From the NCBI RefSeq assembly GCF_009914755.1, contig NC_060942.1: DNA of 64,000 bases, one strand, 5' to 3'. Positions within the stretch are counted from its first letter, which is position 1; each line of letters begins with the position of its first letter. Shown here one piece after another: positions 58,911 to 64,000 of the stretch. The stretch is from the human T2T-CHM13v2.0 reference genome, Homo sapiens. The notes beneath the pieces were generated by a model. That model saw only the letters and a list, made by a program, of their open reading frames with translations, did no database searches and was not told the origin of the DNA. The position numbers and the translations under genes are program-made.

Positions 58911-61900
58911 TTTTATTAGACATTTCTGTTTATTAATAAGAATGAGCTAAGCAAAAGTGAATAATTAAAGATGTAGGAGACAGAGGAAGCAAAAGTTCAT
59001 AGGAACCAATGTAGTAATAGAGTGGCTGCCTTAAATAGGAAGAAAGTTTATCCAATGAGGATATAAGTCAGTGTATATGGTACAGATGTTGATAGTCTAG
59101 TATTGTTGGTGGTGGAAAGTTAAGGGAGTTTTCTTCTCCTATTTTGTATGTGAAATCAGGAGTAAAGTGAGGAAGGCAGGTTAGAGATTTGAGAAAAGGG
59201 TAGGTGTAAAATAGAAAATTGACTAGGTCAGTGTTTTGAATTGTTGACTCTAATCCACTATAAGAAATATTTCTAATATTTCTAATATTGTGAACTCTTC
59301 TGCAATTCATATATACAATCTGGACCAAATGTTTTGTGAACAATACTTACTATTCCTATGTCTAATATACTCTGACAATTTCTATTCTCGTCTTCTAATT
59401 CATTGATAATGCATGTTGTCACCTCTGAAATTAATCTTATGTCCCTCCACTGGGTTGTGTCTCACTGTTTGCAAAATCCCTGAACTTGGGTAACAGGGTA
59501 CAATTGTGGGTCAAGAATGAGAGTTCCAGGGCCCCATGTTCCAGGGCTCAAGTAAAAATCACAAAGTAGGTAGAAAATGGTGTTTATCAAGTAATGGGGT
59601 CTTGCCAAGTGATTACAAAGGAGGGGAGAAAGCGGAGGGAATTGAGAGTTATGGGACAATGGATGAAAACAATGAAAAAGTAAATTTAAGCTGAGAAAGG
59701 AAGAAAATGAGATCAATGAGCCTATGAAGTGATAGAGCTTTCCAGTTTTGCTAAATATTTGGAATAGGAGTGCTAGAGTAAGAGAACTAGAAAGCTAACA
59801 GGAAGTTTTTAGAGATTATGATGCCTGAAATTTCAATTTTGGATGTGGTACAGTTAGAGGCTATTGGAAATTCAAAAATACAGGCATGAGAATAGATAAA
59901 TGAAAGGAGATGGTGCAAAAAGGTCTTGGGGTTGAGCTATCAGAGGATTTGGATGGTTACATTTTGAAGAAAACAGAGCGGATTGGTGAATTACATAAAA
60001 AATAGTGCACTAGATGCTGAAATATTTAATGAATGAGGAGGAGTATCTAAATGTCTATTAATTTCTAGACACCAATAGGTGTCTGCAAGAAGGTATGATG
60101 GGTGTTGTGGTCAAGTGGCACTCACACCAAAGAATGTGAGACTTCTTTTTTGGAGAGGAGGGAGGAGGAATGGTCCGCATTGCCAGTGACAATGATGAGG
60201 GAGGAAGACATCTACCTGTCCCAGGAATGTGGGAAGGAAAAATTGGCCACCACTTGATAGGTCTCTGGGGAAAGTGGGTGGCCTGAGGGGTTTTTTTTCA
60301 CTCAAGAATAAGAGTAACAAGGTGAAGAAAATGGTCAGAAAAGAGATTAAGGGTCTAGGGTGACTTTTTTGGATTCAGACTATGAATTTCAGAAGGCAGA
60401 AGGAAGCATATGAGGGCACAGAAATGGATGAAAGATTAGATCATAAATCTCAGTTTGTCCTGCACAGTCATGGCTTATTAATGTCATTCCAAGGTATCTG
60501 TTTCTTAATAGCACCTTGTTTCATTCTAAAAAGTGTTCTACCTTGGAAGTTAAATTATATAATCACCATACCCGAGAGAATAAGAATTTCAGAGACAATG
60601 GATAACCTGAGAAGTTTAGATTTTTGGTTGTACAAGTCATGACAGGAGTAATCCTGAAGAGCTCTTAGAAAGTTTGAGAGTAATGTGTTCTAATGCCAGC
60701 CCTTTTCCTGGGGTTGGTCCCTTAGGCAGCTGTGAAGTGGTGATGGGAGATATGTGCTCCCTGATCCTGGTCTTTGCTTGTTGACATTAACATAATAAAA
60801 GAGAGTAGACAAGCACTTTGTGTATTTAATCAATGTTTATCCGCTGCCTCCTTTCTTAAAAGAAGGTTTAGGAAATTTAAAAATGTAAAGTAGATAAAAA
60901 TAATAAGGTATCAGTAAGGCAACTGAGATACATTAATTGCTATCATTGAGTCTTGAATTTTGCTTATTATTTCTTGGCTATTCAGCCAAAGTAACACAGT
61001 TTTAGAGCAACATCATTTTCATTGCTCAATAAAAGAAAATATGAAAGTCCATCTATAGTGTTAAGCTTTATCTTAGCATTGTATTAGAATGCTAAGAGGA
61101 CAATTAGGTGCAACATAATGAATCTAGTTTTCCAGTCTGCTTTTTCAAAAGCTTTAGAACATTATTTAAATGTGCTGTTCCAAGATGAAACATATTTTAA
61201 TGCAGAGGGCACAAATGCCTAATCCTCAATCCCTTTCTCTTAAAGAAAATGTTTAGAAATGTTAACGTTTTAATTAAAAAAATGATTAAAACTGAAAGTG
61301 TTGCCTTTTTTTTTCTTTTCTGCTTAAACCTAAAATGTATTGCAGGGTTAAAATTATTAACGTTATTCTTGGAAGAAATAGCATATCTAATTATAATTGT
61401 AGAAAATGAAGTTGTATCTGCGAGTTAAATCCTGCTCTGGTCTCCAGGAAAGCATCCAAATTATTTCATCATCCTAGACCTTATTGTTTACAGCCTTGTG
61501 AGACTATGAATCCATCAACCATACAGAGGGTTTCAGGATTATTTTTATTATGTAGAAGCGTTCTTATAATCGTATGTATCTTCATAAGATTTCTATGTGT
61601 TAGGCAACAAAGAGGAATTTAAATTAACTGATGATTGTATAAAAATTTTGTGTGAGTTGCATTAACATAACTGAAAATGACTGGTATTTGGGATTTTCTT
61701 TCTTTTATTTTTGCAAAGAAACTTCAACCACCATAATGAGGACAACTAAAACAGGAGATTGTCTGTATTGCCCTCATTATAAGACAGTATCTATTGTTTC
61801 TGCTTCCTATTTCACTGCATGCCTATCGAATCTGTAAACTTCTGATATCCTTCCAATACATTCTCTCACACTCCCGAGATAACCAAATTTGCCTTCTGTT

Positions 61901-63037
61901 GCCTTTGAGAAGCTTTGCTATGACATAAGTATGTTAACTTTGTGTTTGCTATGACATAAGTATGAAACACATTATTAACTCTGTGTTTTTCTGCTAGTTT
62001 TCTTACTAGAAGGCATGTAGTAACTGCATTATGTTTTTAAAACTTTTGGGTTTAGATTTGTATTTCTTTCAGATATCATACCGCACTGAGATTGACCTTT
62101 AAACTGGAATAAGTAGGACTTCGAACACCACTAAACCTGTATCAGCTCTTCTAATAGGAAATTTCTGCAGAAAGGGAGAGTTATTGTGAAAAAAAAACTT
62201 ATTGTCTTTAAAATGTTAATTTCATCTGCTGCAGTATTACTAGTATGATAAAGATGGTTATTAATGACTAGAAGTATGGCCGGAGGTTCCTTTCCCAAGT
62301 GCTCACTTTTGTTAATCCTATAATTCAGATTCAAATGAAATAGGCTGTGTCCCATTCCCTGTGTGGAGGGATATTAGAGTGCTCCCGGACTGTCTAGGTA
62401 TTCTAGACAGCCTGTTGTAGTTTTCTGCCTACACACCGCTCTGATCTCTTCCTTCCTCTTGATTAACTCAATTTTCTGTTACATATTCCTAGAGAGCTCC
62501 ACCCGATTCCACACTGCAACACCCCAGGTGTGAAATACAGCCTCCATTTCTTGTTTTCCACAGAAAGCCCCATGCACATAAGGCATCTAAGTGAGTAGCA
62601 AACTTATTGAAGTTTGAGGCAGTGGAAAGAAAAGATCTTCCTCTGAAAACTCTGGACATTTGGTGGAGTCACACCTCAGCAAAGGACTTAAGTTAGCCCT
62701 AAAGTCTCCACCAAACCTGCCCTAAGAAAACTTAAGAAGAAACCTCAAAAGGACTCAATTTATTTGTTTAATAAATAACTTAAACTGCCGCCGGAACAAG
62801 GCTCAACAAGTAACAAAATTGATTTTGTTTATTATAATAAGGTAAAATTCCCAATGTCCAGCACTAACTTGTTTACAATTTTAAAACAAGCAAGCTTTTG
62901 ACAGCTTTCTTCCCTGAATGATAACAGAAACTCACAGTACACCTGGCTCCCCACAGGAGGACATTTGCCATTGATTCCAAAGGAATTCTGTAATGATGTA
63001 AATGTGAAGGGATTGGGACATCTCTTGCTAAAAAAGG

Positions 63038-63038
<1 letters not shown>

Positions 63039-63072
<34 letters not shown>
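63039..63072. repeat. (CA)n microsatellite
   Basis: Directly visible. Confidence 0.95.
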
Positions 63073-63074
<2 letters not shown>

Positions 63075-63136
63075 CACACGTAATATTTGTAAGAACATTC
63101 CATTACAGATTTTTTGTGGCACTTTTTAATAGTACA
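63039..63136 (-). terminator. Candidate distal polyadenylation site of the upstream same-strand gene (expected DSC2)
   Basis: Minus strand reads TGTA, then ATTAAA (63130-63125), then a (GT)n downstream element; DSC2 is the established upstream neighbour of DSC3. Confidence 0.5.
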
Positions 63137-64000
63137 TCTCCGTGAACATATTATATCACTTCTGGGACTACATATTTTTGAGAGCAGAGGCCATATCTTA
63201 CATACAGTAGATACCAAATAAATTTTAACACCGAACATTTACATAGAACTATGTTCTAGCAATTTTTTAAAGCAGATGAGGAAACTGAAGACTAGGGAGG
63301 TTCAGGTTACACAGATGGTTTGTGGTAGAGCCCAGATCTGAACCTTGCCTGTTGGGCCCCAAGGGACCCAAAGTTCAGGCTCTATCCCAGACCGCTCTGT
63401 TAGGTTGCATGGAGAATGCGATGCATTGTGCAAAGATTAACTGTGATTGTGTCTACTACAGGAGAAATAAGGAGCAGCTTAGCTTGCTAAAAAGTGAACA
63501 CATTTAATTGGTTTAAACTTGCATTCATTATGCAAACTTTGCTTGAAATATTTCATTTGACAATTCTAGTAAATTAATACCTATTCTTAGTCTAGATAGT
63601 GCATAACAAATTACTGACGACAAATCCTAAGTGCGTTAAAGTAAAATTTTAAGACCAAAAGCACATGAATGCACTCAGTTATGATAATGTGAGATGATAC
63701 AGTATTTTCTTTTTGCTTTCAATTTAATCATTTACTGTAAATATAATATGTTCAGTGAAAACTTTATTTATTAAAGCTAAGATGAAAAGGCTTTTCTTCA
63801 CAGGCCTGTAAGCTCCCCAAATTCTAAAGCCTGTGAGTTTTTCTTGCTCTGTATTTCATTTACATGAACTTTTCCCTCAATGTTATAAATTATAAATGCT
63901 TGTGGTAAAATGAAAACATGGAAACACACAATGAATAAATATTTCATTTACCGAGGATTTATCACTCAATATCTTAGTGTATTACAGATAGTCTCATATT

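Overview
Primate, almost certainly human, genomic DNA containing most of the desmosomal cadherin gene desmocollin-3 (DSC3) on the minus strand. Fifteen coding exons with canonical GT-AG boundaries run from the ATG at 46926 to the exon-15 donor at 1027. They splice into an uninterrupted 2493-nt (831-codon) frame: signal peptide, prodomain, furin site RRAKR, EC1-EC4/EA, TM helix and part of the cytoplasmic tail. The a/b alternative exon and the last exon lie left of the window. Exon 1 sits in a CpG island with a p53-family element. The remainder is intronic or upstream sequence rich in Alu, L1, L2, MIR, LTR and hAT repeats, with a probable distal poly(A) site of the neighbouring upstream gene (expected DSC2) near 63.1 kb. 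No prokaryote-type system, RNA gene or second protein-coding gene was found, and I cannot support a wholly new biological system. The best leads are: (1) a 34-bp dispersed direct repeat that follows splice donors and brackets the in-frame exon 8-9 module; (2) a MER41 LTR with a GAS site and a mutated poly(A) signal, oriented antisense to DSC3; (3) an Alu with a doubled 3' end; (4) an exonisation-ready AluJ in intron 15; (5) several keratinocyte-type (p63/GRHL/AP-1) motif clusters. Repeat family names come from recalled consensus sequences and their boundaries are approximate.
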